Shown here one piece after another: positions 12,081 through 24,899 of a stretch of 64,000 bases of DNA. Positions within the stretch are counted from its first letter, which is position 1. The number at the start of each line of letters is the position of its first letter. The stretch spans positions 116,624,001-116,688,000 of the forward strand of contig NC_045696.1 in the NCBI RefSeq assembly GCF_009834535.1, given 5' to 3'. The translations under genes and the position numbers were made by a program. The stretch is from Camelus ferus. Its lineage: Eukaryota. The notes below the pieces were generated by a model. That model had not been told where the DNA came from. It saw only the letters and a list, made by a program, of their open reading frames with translations, and made no database searches.

Positions 12081-15000
12081 CTGCTTCTTCCACTTTAAAT
12101 CCACTTTTCCTTTCTAATTGCCCTCCCTATAGGCTTCAGTTTCCAGAACCAGACACAGTAACATTAGCCTTAAATAGACTGCTTAACCACCCACATGATT
12201 ATGTAAGATCAAATCCCTATAATGAGTCTTTTATTACATATGTCTCCTAGGAGGTATGCTTTTTTGATTGTACCCTGATTAATACAACTATTCTCCATAT
12301 GTCCTTGCACAAAAGCCCCATTAACAAAAGAAATCATTGTATTTCGTATCACCCCCAATGCTGTGGCTTTATCAACATCAAACTCTGGGAATTTACGGAG
12401 TCAATACTCAGGTCCAGTCTCCCTGAGTCCATGTTCTTTCAGTAGAACTATGCTGTCTTCTTTAAACTGAGGATAAACAGAGGTGTCTGAGCTCATTAAA
12501 ATGCCTTCCCTGTAACATTTCCTTCCATGAAGTGTTAATAGCAATAACCACTTTATCAATGATACAGTTTCTGAGTCAGTCTCAAGGTATTTTCTTTATC
12601 CTCTAGGTTACCCAAATGACCTAACTGTTGTCTAGGGCCACCTAGCCATGTCAATCAAAGCCAATGTGAACAGGCCAAAATGAACATTTGTCCTGCCACC
12701 ATTATGAATGAACATATCCATGATGTCCCAGAATGAGACACACTAGAAATAACAGGGTCACCCTGTCTAGTTCTGGTCCCTAAATAAATGAAGCTTTGAA
12801 CATTTCCTCTAAATTACTCACTCCCTAGCAAAGTAACCCTGACTTTTGCGAAGTTGATTTCTAAAGACAGGTAACATCCTTTGTGAATATAATTATGTGA
12901 GAAAGGTGTTTTTCTACTATGAATAGATTAATGTTAAACTATATAACCCTGCTAATTTCAGTTTTTCCCTTTAAATTTGTTGTACTTTTTAATTTGACAA
13001 GCCAATCTTTCTGACTTTTGCCAACTTTCTCATAAGCAAATCTCTTTTTTGATGCCTGAGTTTTCCTCTCACATGAATATGTTTTTGTGTTTCCTTGGAT
13101 GAAAATATCCCTATAGTGGGTGAGAGAGGTGGAAAAAAAAGTACTGTTTTTCTCTTAGTTTGAGTCTATATAATGCAAAATTTTAAGCAAACTTGTGTAC
13201 CAATATTCATGGTAATAAGAATTAAGAATTAATCCACAAGAAGATACAGCTTAAGAGAATTCTTATTCTAACTTGGATTTGGTGGGAGTAGGAAAAGGGA
13301 GGATGGGGTGAAGGTGAAATCTGGAGATATGGTTTATTTCATATCCTTTCACAGTGTTTAGAATGTAATCTCTAGCATCAAACTGTATGAGTTTAAATTT
13401 GAACTCTCTAGGCTACTAGCTATAAAATCTTGAAAAATTTTATATAAATGTTCTCGTCTCAATTTCTTTGTCTAGTAACTAGGGAAAATAAGAGGACTTT
13501 CAGTATAGTGTTGCAACAAGGATTAAATGAAATAACATAAACTTGGAGCTCAGCACAGAACCTGTCACCTAAGTGCTCAATGAGTTTAAGCTATAACTGT
13601 TAAATCTTGTGGTGGTTTGGAGGTCATATGAGGCTGTTTGAACTCTTTCCTTGGAAAAGGGTGAGAACTGGCTTAGTAACTAAACCAGGAGATGTGTTGA
13701 CCACACATCTGTTGCCAAGGGTTGAAATTCAAGAAGCCAAATTAAGTATATGCTTAATTTACCTCTGGGAAGAAGGGTGGTTATCTGAGGTGTAACAGGT
13801 GAAAAAATTCTTTAGGGATATTAGAAAATAACAGTGCTGTGGAGGACAAGCATGAAATCCAGTAACAGATCAGAGGTAGTATCAAATTTGGGATGGGGAA
13901 CAATCTGGTGAATCAAAGGAGAATGGGTTTGGAATGAGAGCCGACTAGGGAAAAAGAAGGGATAGACTGATCTCAGATGGGAAATATCTGAGATCAGTTT
14001 ATCCCTTGCCTTTATTGCATGATGGGTGTAAGGTTTACGGATTGCCCAGCTGCTGTGTAAAGTCAGAGGCAATATAGATCAATCCTATTTTGGAGAATCC
14101 TTGACTGGGTAATGTAAATACACACTCTGATGGGACACTAGCTAAGAATTAATATTGAACAATTGTCTCCACATGTAGTAAAGAATTCCACCCTATTACA
14201 AACTTATGTGTTCTATATTTGTATTTTCAATTTTGTAGTCAGAAAACCAAAGATCAGTGTGGGAAACGTTATTAGTCATGGCTTTTTTGATTGCAGATGA
14301 CCAAAGCCCAGTGTGAACTACTACAGGCAAAATGGGGAATTAACTGGCATAAATGCCCAAACCGTGAAAAGGGCAGGGACAATGCTGAGAGTCAGAGTTT
14401 TCCAGAACAAGAGAGAACAGTGCTGCAGGGCCCCATTCTCCTACTGGCTCTTTACTCTCCCTGCATTTTTCTGTGTATCAGCTTTACTCTTTCACGCTGG
14501 CTTTTGCAGTATGGCTGGGAGCATGGCCCTTGGCAGCTCTTTAACTCAAGAGTTTTTCCTCTCATGAGACATGGGCGATAACTGAGTTGTCGGGTATGAG
14601 CCACGTGCCCATTTCTGGACCAATGAAAGGGGCAGGGGATTGGGTGCTAAGGCTGGTTACTTCCACCATTGCTTCAAGTTTGGATTCAGGAAAGAAAGGG
14701 TCCACCCACTTCCCATAATAATTTTGATTTGAAGAGGACAGCAGGGCCAGGAAAACAAACCCAACAGTTGATTACTCTGAGTGACTTGCCCGTGGTCTTA
14801 CACAATCTGTAAATGAGGGAACTGGGATGGGATTAGAACCCACTTCTGTCTATGCCTTTGTCCTAATGCCTCTGCTATTTCCCTATCTGCCTCCGCTGAT
14901 CTAGTTAATGCCTATCAATATATAAGTTGTTTCAGGACACAGGGTAGGGGCAATAGAATATTTCATAACTGGTTTTTACTGCCAAAAGTGATCCTCCTTC

Positions 15001-17027
15001 CAACTTCTGTAACAGTGATGCTGCAACCACAGTATTTCTGTAACAATTGTTGTTTATTATTCCATGTTATTTAATTGCACTGCAGTGTGCATGAATTATT
15101 GGTGGGTTATTTCTCTCTCTTCTCTGAATAGAAAGCTCCTGGAGGAAAAGAAGTCCTGTCACATAGCACCAAGTATAGTCCCCTGCTCTTATTTAGTGCT
15201 TCATAAATATTTGAATAAATTAGTCATTCCAAAATGGGTAGGATAGTGATTTCTAGTAGCCATAAATTTGTTTGCTTTTAGTGACATGTTTATTCAAGTA
15301 TGATGTGCATACAGAAAAGTGCACAAATTGTAAGTATGCAGTTTGACGTAGTCCCACAAATTGGAAAATACCCACGTGAGTAGCCTAGATCAAAAAAACA
15401 ACAGTACCCACTGAAGTCACTCTGTGCCTTCTGCAATCACTACTTCCTCTAGAAGTAACCCTTGTAAGATGCTTGCTGTTTTTAATGATGTCTACAAAGG
15501 TATCTTATCTTTTAAAATATGCTCTCTAATGATATAAAATCCCTATGTCAGTGCTCTCAGAAGACCACCATGTGTAACTTTTTGATACTTTGCTTCACAA
15601 GCATCCAAGGCTGTGCTACAGGGCAGAATCTAGCAAGGAGTAAAAACCTAATGAGATGTTCAGCCAAGAATGCGCTTGTGAAAGAACAGTAAAGTTGTAC
15701 AAATCATCTAGCTCCCAGAACAGGCTTGCACACAGACTAAGTAATTTTCTGGCCTATTACTGAGGCCAGTGGTGGCCCAGTGGAAAGCAAAGCATTCTGC
15801 TATGTTTTATCTGATTGGATGAGTTTTTTAATTTTTAAATTTTCTTTTGTGGTATCTTCCTATGATAGCTGATTTTGTTTTAGGATAAATTCTTTATTTC
15901 CCCTACAATCTCTTTAAAAAATGTTGCAGTATAGGAAAAACTGCTTATGGGATCTCTAGTGTTTTCTGTATAAATACAGCACCTGGATCTCCTATCTCTA
16001 GATTTTATCTCTTCAGCAAGTCACCCAGGCAGCACACTTCCTCAATAGCTGTCCCTGGAAATCTTGATTCATGTTTGTATATACATGTTTCTCTTGTCAT
16101 TAAGGTTGGAATTGGAGAATTATGCTTAATCCACAGTTTAAATGCAATCAGAAAAGCTAAATATTATCTGATTTCTGCATTTTATTTACCTTCAGGCTAG
16201 TATGACTTTCAGGTCTTACTTAATGTTTGCCTGTTATATGGCTTTCAATTTTTTCTTAAGTTTGATTTTTTTTTAAAAATTAGTGTTATATTTGTGTAGC
16301 TCATGCATTTAACCTCATAAAAAATTCACTAGTTAGGGCTCCAAATGATGGGAACTATGACCCTTAGAAAGTGTGGTCCAGATTCTGATGATGTTAGAGA
16401 CAGTACGACACACTGTCACATTCTCATTTGGAGAACATGGAAACTTAAAGTCATTAGACATGTTGCACAAGGTCATCGTGCAAAGCTCTGTTTCTGTGCA
16501 ATGGACCTTATGTTTTTATAAAAACATCTTGAAGGGAATTCTTTAATTTGGTATTGTATTATCCCCAGATATGTTCCTGGTTTTCTTAATGAATCTTCAT
16601 TGTTCTTGTGATTTAAAATGCCAAAAGGTCAGAAGACAAAGCAGAGTCGGAGGAAGCAGAATATACTGTTAACATGCTGTGGTCCCACACAGACCTGGCT
16701 TCAGGTGTAGGCTGTGCCCTAACTAATTCTGGGCCTGGGGTCCTGGAACACTATTTAATGCCTCTAATTCTTAGTATCTGTATCTTCTAGATGGTGATAC
16801 TAACAGCAGCTAATAGGATCTTGTTCATATGAATCTAAATTCAAGAGACTGAGGAATGCTCAGGGTCTGCAAGCCTACAGTGATGTTTCCAGTCCTGATT
16901 CAACTTTCTGTCTCCCTCCCTGAGGGCTGTTATGATCACTCTCTTCTCTTCCTCAGCTCTGATTAACTTCACTAGAAATGAAATTCAGGTGGCTCCTTGG
17001 GTCTGGGATAATTAGTAGCTCTTGGTT

Positions 17028-17232
17028 ACCAATAATAATTTGCTGGAAAAGTTTAATAGTTGACCTTCTGGAGAAAACTGTGATTTGTAGCATTTAAAAT
17101 TTTTCGTGTTATATATACCCCCACCACACCCAATCTCAAGCTATCAGCTTCATGACACTGAATATGGAAGTGGGAAGAAATGTGCAGAAAAGGTTCTCCC
17201 AGGCCAGTTGGAGGCAGCTCCCCTCCACCGCT
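17028..17232. mobile_element. hAT MITE (MER63-like)
   Basis: ctgtgatttgtagc...tctcaagctatcagc...gacactgaa core resembles recalled MER63. Confidence 0.4.
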
Positions 17233-17500
17233 AGTTATAAATCACTTCGGCCTGGACATGAACCATAATTCTCTGAGTCTATAAGCCATATTCCACAGTC
17301 CTGGTGGGGAGAGAGCTCACTCTAGAAGTTCAGTAGGAACCAAAGACAAGACATTTTCCCTTGGCTGCTTGACCTGAATCTCTACTCTTTGTACTTTGTA
17401 GGGTACACTTTCTGGGGTTGAGAGACAACTCGTCAATAAACTGGAAGTCCTAGTGGGTAGACCTGAGTCCATAACTAACTCCTAACTTTGAATTTGTGTA

Positions 17501-17742
17501 TAGCTGACCCTTGAACAACACAGGTTTGAACTGAATGGGTCCACTTACAAGGGAGTTTTTTTTCCATAGTAAATACTACTTCACTACACGATCTGTAGTT
17601 GCTGGAATCTGCAGATGCAAAACCATGTATGTGGAGGATCCACATACACAGAGGGCGGACGGCTGACCCTAAGTTATGTGCGGATTTTCCACAGTATGGA
17701 GGCTCAGGAGCCCCAAGCCCCATATTGTTCAAGGCTCAACTG
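17501..17742. mobile_element. Tigger2-family MITE (second copy)
   Basis: TIRs tagctgacccttgaacaa ... ttgttcaaggctcaactg with TA on both sides; similar to 11170-11402. Confidence 0.8.
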
Positions 17743-17789
17743 TATTTGTATCTAGTCTGTAGCATTTCTCAGTCTTTGAGGGTTTACAT

Positions 17790-18190
17790 TCATAACAGTC
17801 ATATCTGTTGCTGCATGACATGACAACTTACCCCCAAATTTAGCAGCTTAAAATAGCATTTATTATCTCACAGTTTCCATGGGCTGAGAACCAGGTGGAG
17901 CTTAGCTGGGTGCCTCTAGCTCAATGACAGTCTTTCAGCTGCAGTCAGGCATCAGCCAAGGCTGCAGGCATCTCATGGCTCAACTGGGGGAGAATCTGCT
18001 TCTAACTTTTCTCATGTGGCTCTTGGTAGGCCTCTGGTCTCCCTGGGTGCTTACTGGAGCCATCAATTCCTCACCTTGTAGGCCTTACCCAGAGCAGTTC
18101 ACAGCATGCCAACTGGCTTCCTTCAAAGCAAGTTAGCAAAAAAGTGAGAGAGGCTCCCAAGATGGAGGCCATGGTCTTTCTGTAACTCTC
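17790..18190 (-). mobile_element. MaLR LTR (MLT1-type)
   Basis: ttgctgc..aacttacccccaaatttagcagcttaaaa..catttattatctcacagtt, a hallmark of MLT1. Confidence 0.7.
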
Positions 18191-19974
18191 CCCACTAGTA
18201 AGCACTAGTTTGTTCTCTGTATCTGTGAGTCTGCTAGAAAATATAATTTAAAATGGCATACTTCCCCAAATTGTCTCTGTGGGTTTGCAATGGTGTTCTA
18301 AAACCATGCCAGTATATGTTTGGCATCTGTTCTTTGACACTATTTTTCTAGGAGTTGAGTTGGTGCGGTTGGTGGGGCACTCCTGGGCTTGGGTCTTTGT
18401 TAGTGCTTTGTCTCAACACAGGCCAGCACTACACCTACGTTCACACAAACTGTGTGGTGGTTCCCAATATATAACCAGCGTAATCCCAGTAACCTATGAT
18501 CCATGTTTCATTCAAAGACTTACTGTCCATTATGAGAAGCTTTAAAGAATTGTGTCTTACCAGTACTGTAGGTTTTCAAGAGGCAGCACAAGGACTTTCA
18601 TTCAGTACAGAACGCTTTCTACAAATATCATCTTTTGATCTCTCTCTGTCCTGGAAGTTTCCTTCTACTAGGCAACTGCTAAAAACCTTTCCCCATCTCT
18701 CTCATTCATATAATTTCATCACCACCTCCCTGTGTTCCATCGACTTTCTCCTCCCCAGTTGTAAACAGTATGCAATACACTCTCCCAAAAGAGCTGTGAC
18801 ACAGTGTGTGACCCTTGAGAAGATGGTTTGGTCCCCTGTTCTGATGGTTTTCTCATGATAACCAGGCATCAACTCTGCTTTGGAACACTGATGAATAAAC
18901 TTACCTCTATACAAAGGGCTGTCATCAAGAAACCAAAGTTCGAATTTTGATTTCTTTTTCCTTTGGTTCCTTCCTTCCAAACTCAATCAAGAAGAAAGTG
19001 AAGAGGACACCTTTTCATGGGCAGTCTTAGGAATAAAGATAGTCTCTGGAAATATAACACTCTAAGCACTAGCCTTAAATCATTCAGTTTAGAAGCTCTG
19101 AGTTGTTCTCCCAACTCCCATCCCTGTCCACTGAGTCAAGAGAGCTAAAAAAAACAACAGTTCTCAATGTTCAAACCATATAAAGTTATATTTAATATCA
19201 GCATTTCTTCCCTACTACCTACTATTTTGTATGTGTGTTTTCTGAGTAAAGAAGCTTAAAAGATATTTTGGGCAAAATATTGGTGTAAATAAAGTTGCAG
19301 CCGAATTTGCTGAAAAACAGGAAAACAGATAAGAATGTAGCCTGTGAAATAATCTTCTCCATTCTACAGAAGGCATAGGGGAAAAAGAGGAGAAGCCTAC
19401 ATGAAAATTACATGGATGATTTTTTTCTCCTTGTCTGGATTTCGGCACTCACAGTAGCTTGGAGACTGGTTAGTAACCAGGCGTACTGGCCCTCAAATAT
19501 GAAGGCTAGGATGCATATCCTATACTTAGGAATTGTGCTCATTTGTTTTTAATTTAGTATGTTTTGCTTCCTCATTTGTTTTTGGCTTGTTTCCCTGCCT
19601 ACATAGCAGCAGGTGTTTGGGTGATAACAACATCTAAAATAACTCTAGGAAAATGTGCAAATTGATGGAGAGCAGCAGGCGCTATCACAATATTCCCTCC
19701 CCTCCCCTCGCTCCCCCTGTAATTTAGTTTAACTAACCAGGTTGCAGCACCAAAGCTGTTATGTGTTTGGGACATGGTATTTTTTGGTGCATAATTGTGT
19801 TGCTGTTTTAACCATGATGAGAGGCATATAGGAAAGTTTTGGGAAGGGTATTGCTCCAGTCTAGAAGTGCCCACTACCAAGAAAGACCCCATTACAACAA
19901 GACTTAAGAAAGAAGAGTTTTTAATTCTCAAATTTGAGCTATGAGATATGAAGCTAGTGTTCACTGATATTTAT

Positions 19975-20410
19975 ATCAGTTAGGAATCTGCTCTGCTAAA
20001 AGCAGAAGAAAAACCATGAAACAATGGCTTAAACAAATAAGGTTTGTTTGTTTTTTTCCACACACAAAGTCCAGAAATTGTTCAGTAGGACTCTGATGCC
20101 ATCAGGGCCTCATGTTTCTTCCATCTTTCTCTCTGCCATCCTTAGTGTGTGGATACCCTCCTCATGGTCTCTGAATAGCTCTGCACCTCCAGGCATCAAA
20201 TCCATATTCCAGCCACAAAGAAATTCACACTACACTCCCAATTACGTCTCTTTGGCCAGAACTGAGTCACAGGATCACCTATAGTTGCAAAAACGGCTGG
20301 GAAACTGAGTTTTAGTTGGACAAGTTGCCACACTCCCCAGATTGGGCTTTTGGTTGGTAAGGAATAAGGGAGAAAGGATATTTAGTAGGTAATTAGAGAG
20401 CCTTGCAAAA
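19975..20410 (-). mobile_element. MaLR LTR (old MLT1J/K-type)
   Basis: aacaatggcttaaacaaata...ttggccagaactgagtcacaggatcacc...ggctgggaaactgag. Confidence 0.6.
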
Positions 20411-21019
20411 TCCCTTTTCAGAAAATAATCCTTCTCATCTGTGTATTATGTGTATGTATGTATGTGTAAAATATCTGTGTGTGTTTTTCCTAAACATGTT
20501 TAAGAGTGTGGGCTTTGGTATCTGAGAGAACTGAATTTCAATTTCCTTCCACTACTTACTAAATACGTGACCTCAGGGAAGTTATTTCAGCTCTATACAT
20601 CTCATATTCATGAGATTACAACACTATTTCATGGAGTTTTTGTGAGAAAAAGAAAAATAATATATGTAAAGCACTTGGCACAGTGCCTGTCATGTAAAAA
20701 ACTTGCAATAATATTTATAACTTTATTATTCTGCAGTACGATCTTACTGCTATTATTGTTAACCTCTGAGTTTTCTGAACTGATAGGGACCTGCCCACAC
20801 CTCTTCAGAAGGGCAGCCAGAGATGGTGGTTCAGCTGCAGGAATATGAAGATGTGGCCGGTCCCTGCCCAAAGAAGACACATGAAAAAACCCATGAATGT
20901 ATCTGTTTGTTCGTCCTCCCTGTTGCCATCTCTAAAGTAGGCTCATTATAAGGGATGGCAAATATGGGAGGGCCCTCATGTGCAATCTGTGGTGAGGCAG
21001 GTTGCATGGTTCAAGAGAT

Positions 21020-21700
21020 GCTACCCTCACCACAGGGAAATCCAATCAATCCACTAGTCGAAAGGAACTAGTCTAGTCTAGGGCTCATCCCACTATCTCT
21101 TTGTTCCTCAACCTAGAACCATCTCTGTAGGCTTGCTGGGTAGTTTTATCAACCAAGCCCAGTCTCTGAAAATAGAGGGGCATGAGTTAGTATGTCCACC
21201 TGGCTGTCCATCACGTTCAAAGCCTACATCTATGAGGGCTTCCACTGCAGCCCTCCTCCTGGGGTTACTTGGTGAATATATCCTCATGAGGACCTCTGGT
21301 TTGCGTTTCTCTATAGCAACTAGGGTATAACCACCAGGGACCCATCTTAAGAAATTACATTTGAATGACAAGAAATGAAATACTTAGGCTATGTTCAGTC
21401 CAGCCAAGAAGTCCATGTGATGCCAAAAAGGTGTTAGCCACACTTAAGTGTTCTCTAGTACATATTTGATGGATACCAGAAATCACCAGGTAGGTGTCTT
21501 GTTGTCTAGGTTGTATTATTTGGGGACAAGTGAGGCGGTATTACCCCAGGAAAGTCTCTTTAGGGATATTCAGCCCTAGTGTCCATAAGCACCAGTGCCT
21601 ATGAGTCAGAGACACACAGAGATGACCTTAGAATAGAAGATATGTGTGTGGAAAGGCTTCTTCCTTCATTGCTATAGCTTTGTCATCACCACCCCAAAGG
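21020..21700 (-). mobile_element. Ancient LTR-retroelement internal remnant with retropepsin-like motifs
   Basis: ALVLMDTRAE (D codon 21583-21581), MDFLAGL (about 21416) and RKPEVLMRIYS..EALIDVGFE (D codon 21230-21228) resemble ERVL/gypsy protease motifs L.DTGAE and LG.DFL. Confidence 0.45.
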
Positions 21701-23394
21701 GGCATGTCTGTCTGTGCAACACTAAAGTAACCCACAGAAACCTTTGATGCTCACACTCAGCATGACCTCCCTAGCACTTCAATTTCATGACTCCTAGGCC
21801 AGTGTAACAGAAAAATAAATGCAGCGGCCTAGAGGGAGCTCTGAGCTCACTGTAAACGCCTTAATCCAACTGAAACAGGATCACAGTAAACTGTATTTCA
21901 CAGCCATGACATCATCCTGGAGGCGGTGGACACTGACAAAGATTCTGTACACCATCCTCTGCTTTACCTTCATCATCCTATGAGCCACTTCTATCCTGTT
22001 TACACAAGGCATTTATCCCATTTCAGTAATATAATTCTGACAGGATTCTGATTTCCAGAAAGCATGGGAGGAAGTTTTGTCTCAGATTGGGTTCTAGCGT
22101 TTACCCTCCTAGCCACCTCCACACCCTCCTCTGTATGGGATTACATTGTTAGAATTCTCTGAATCCTGAGTCTGTTTATTACTTTCTTTTCTTTGCCTCT
22201 GAATCTTTACCCCTCTTTCCTTCCTCGTACTATCCACAACAAATGAAAGTATCTCTAAGTTATATGATGAAAATGAAATACTGAATTCATGGAGTAGCTT
22301 GAGAAAAAACAAAATAAATGGAACCTGTACATAATGACTTGGCAGTCAACTAGGTAAATATAGAAAATAATTCTAGAAGACAACTGCATTTTAACCTTTC
22401 AGACATTAAGGAAAGTCATGCTCTGATTGCTTAGCCTTCATTCTTACTACCATATTCTCATTCTTTAGCCTCATCCTTTTTGTTTCCCTTGATCCTTTCA
22501 GCAATGACAGTCATATTGAAGGTAAAGCATAAAGAAAAGAAAAGAAATGCTAAAAAGGCGACTATCTGTCTGAATGTCAATGACCATTTCCAACCACCAG
22601 AGACATAGCCACTCTGAATGCATTTAAAAGCCCAGGTGCAGTGTGGCCTCTGGGTGGTGGAAGTGGGGCTGTCAATCTTTCTGCACAGTAGAGGAGACAC
22701 CTTGCAACTAAGATTGCTTTTTTTCCAGCATCCAATTATCCCCTAGGTCTTAGAGCTTTGGAAAGCCAGTTAATGACATGATACATTTTACCTAACCATG
22801 GTGGAGGTGAGAGTTCCTATATTTCAGGCCAATAATAAGTGTTTTAATATAGAGTTAAATTTGATGGCAGAATACAAATTTGATGACAGAATATTCCATA
22901 GTACATAATATAGTACATGTTAACCTAGTAGAAAGAATGATAAATTTAGCCTAAATCACAACTAGTATTTTCATAAGTATCAGTTCAATTTATTTAACCA
23001 GGAGTGTTTTAATGACAAAGGGCCCTAAAAATTAGTGCTATCACAGGGAATGATGGGAATTGATGATGTTGGCTGAAAACCACATTCTTCAGTAAAACTG
23101 ATCTTGTGTTCATTCATTTATTCACTTGTTACTTTACAATCATTTGCTTGCACAACCACTAAAACTTAAGTTCTAAACACTAGAGTCTAACGTGATGAAA
23201 CTCTGGAAATGCAGGCACAGAAGAAAGAATCTGCATGAAAGAATCCATGCCAAAATAAAAGTAGAAAAGAAAAATACAGAAAATTAATATTTTTGAGGTG
23301 TCCATAATTATTACTTTTAAATGGCATGAAAGCTACAGGTGATTACAGACCTCTAACACTTAATTTGGGTTCACTACCACTAACTGAATGAGAG

Positions 23395-23397
23395 TGA

Positions 23398-23452
<55 letters not shown>

Positions 23453-23455
23453 CGC
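23395..23455. repeat. (GT)n microsatellite followed by (GC)n
   Basis: About 21 TG units then cgcgcgcgcgc, directly visible. Confidence 0.95.
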
Positions 23456-23971
23456 ATGCATGAATGAATGTAGGGCATAATAAAATGCCGGATGAGTCAC
23501 TGAAAATCATTACATAATCACCACTGATGTTGTCTTCAGCATTACTATTGGATGTTTAAAAGCAGAAATTATACCACTGTGCTTCCTATTTTTATTTGAC
23601 TGACGTTGGCAGAGAATTGTTCTCCCTGACAATAATCGCCAGTGGATAAAGTCTAGGAAGATGGCAGAGTTAGAGAAAACACCGATAGGCCTCCTTTTCT
23701 AATTTCTCAAAAAAAAAAAAAAAAAAAAAAAGCATAGGAGATCATTTAATCTAGAAACAAAATGTCTTCATTGGCCTAAATAAAAATATTGAAGAATATT
23801 TAAAATTACAAAAGGGATTTCTATATACTTCTATATACTTCATAAGCAAGATTAAAGCTTGATCTACTTCCCAACTTGGTGTCATCTGACTAAACACATG
23901 TAAAGGAAGACTGCTACTGATCAAAGCTAAAACCCTCACTTGACCTTTTGCTAATCCGATGTCTCCTCCTG

Positions 23972-24415
23972 TTGTGGGCTGAACTATATCTTATAAAACG
24001 GTACTGAAATCTTAACCCCCAGTCCCTGTGACCTTATTTGGAAATAGGCTTTTTGCAGATGATCAGGTTAAGCTGAGGTCAGTCAGTAGGGTAGACCCTA
24101 ATCCAATATGACTGGTATCCTTACAAAAGGGGGAAATTTGGATACAGAGACACACACACACAGGGAGAATGTATAATGAACATGAAGACAAAGATCAGGA
24201 TGATACATATCCAAGTCAAGGAATGCCAAAGATTTCCAGCAAACTACCAGGAGCTAGCAGCATGGAACAGATTCTCTCTCACAGCTCTCAGAAGGAACCA
24301 ACTTTGCCAACACCTTCATCTTGGACTTCTAGCCTTCAAAAATGAAAGAATTAAGTTTCTACTGGTTAAGCCACCCTATTTGTGGTACTCTGTCATGGCC
24401 TAGCAAACAGATACA
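23972..24415 (+). mobile_element. MaLR solo LTR (MLT1C-like)
   Basis: tgtgggctgaac...gtgaccttatttggaaatagg...ctaatccaatatgactggtatcctta...gcctagcaaacagataca. Confidence 0.75.
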
Positions 24416-24899
24416 GCCCCAGACCTAACAGTGTCAGTCAGCTTTGCTCTGGTAGCAAACAATCCATGGACCTCAGTGGTTCCAGGCTGCTCTGCTCCAG
24501 GGGAGAGTTGAGAGGAGGTCTTTCAAAACTCTAGCTCCAAACTTAAGTGTTTAAAAGTAGTGTGGCATGATAAGATGGAATAAAACATTCCAATGTCTAG
24601 TCTGTAGATAAAATCCAAAAGAAGTTAGGACTTAGATTTGATTTTCAACACTGAGCGTGTACCTATCTTTCAATGATATACTCACTGAATTAACTGGATT
24701 AAATTAAGAATATAAGTCCAAGAATGATGTACTTTTTTTTTTATTTTTTCCATTTCCCCCTTTCCCTTTCTCATTTGTAGTGCAGAATTTACTTAGGACT
24801 GAGACCAGATAACAGACTTTCGCTCCCTCAAATTTCCTGAGATTATTTTCTTAATACTCAGATAATACTTGAAATGGATTTTGTATAGAATTTTAGAAG

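Noticed and set aside
21850..21996. Minus-strand acceptor/donor-bounded segment
   Set aside because: Stops in all three frames and no recognisable homology.
23555..23690. Possible third SCAN-like fossil on the plus strand (VLPDII..QWIK)
   Set aside because: Similarity too weak to distinguish from chance.
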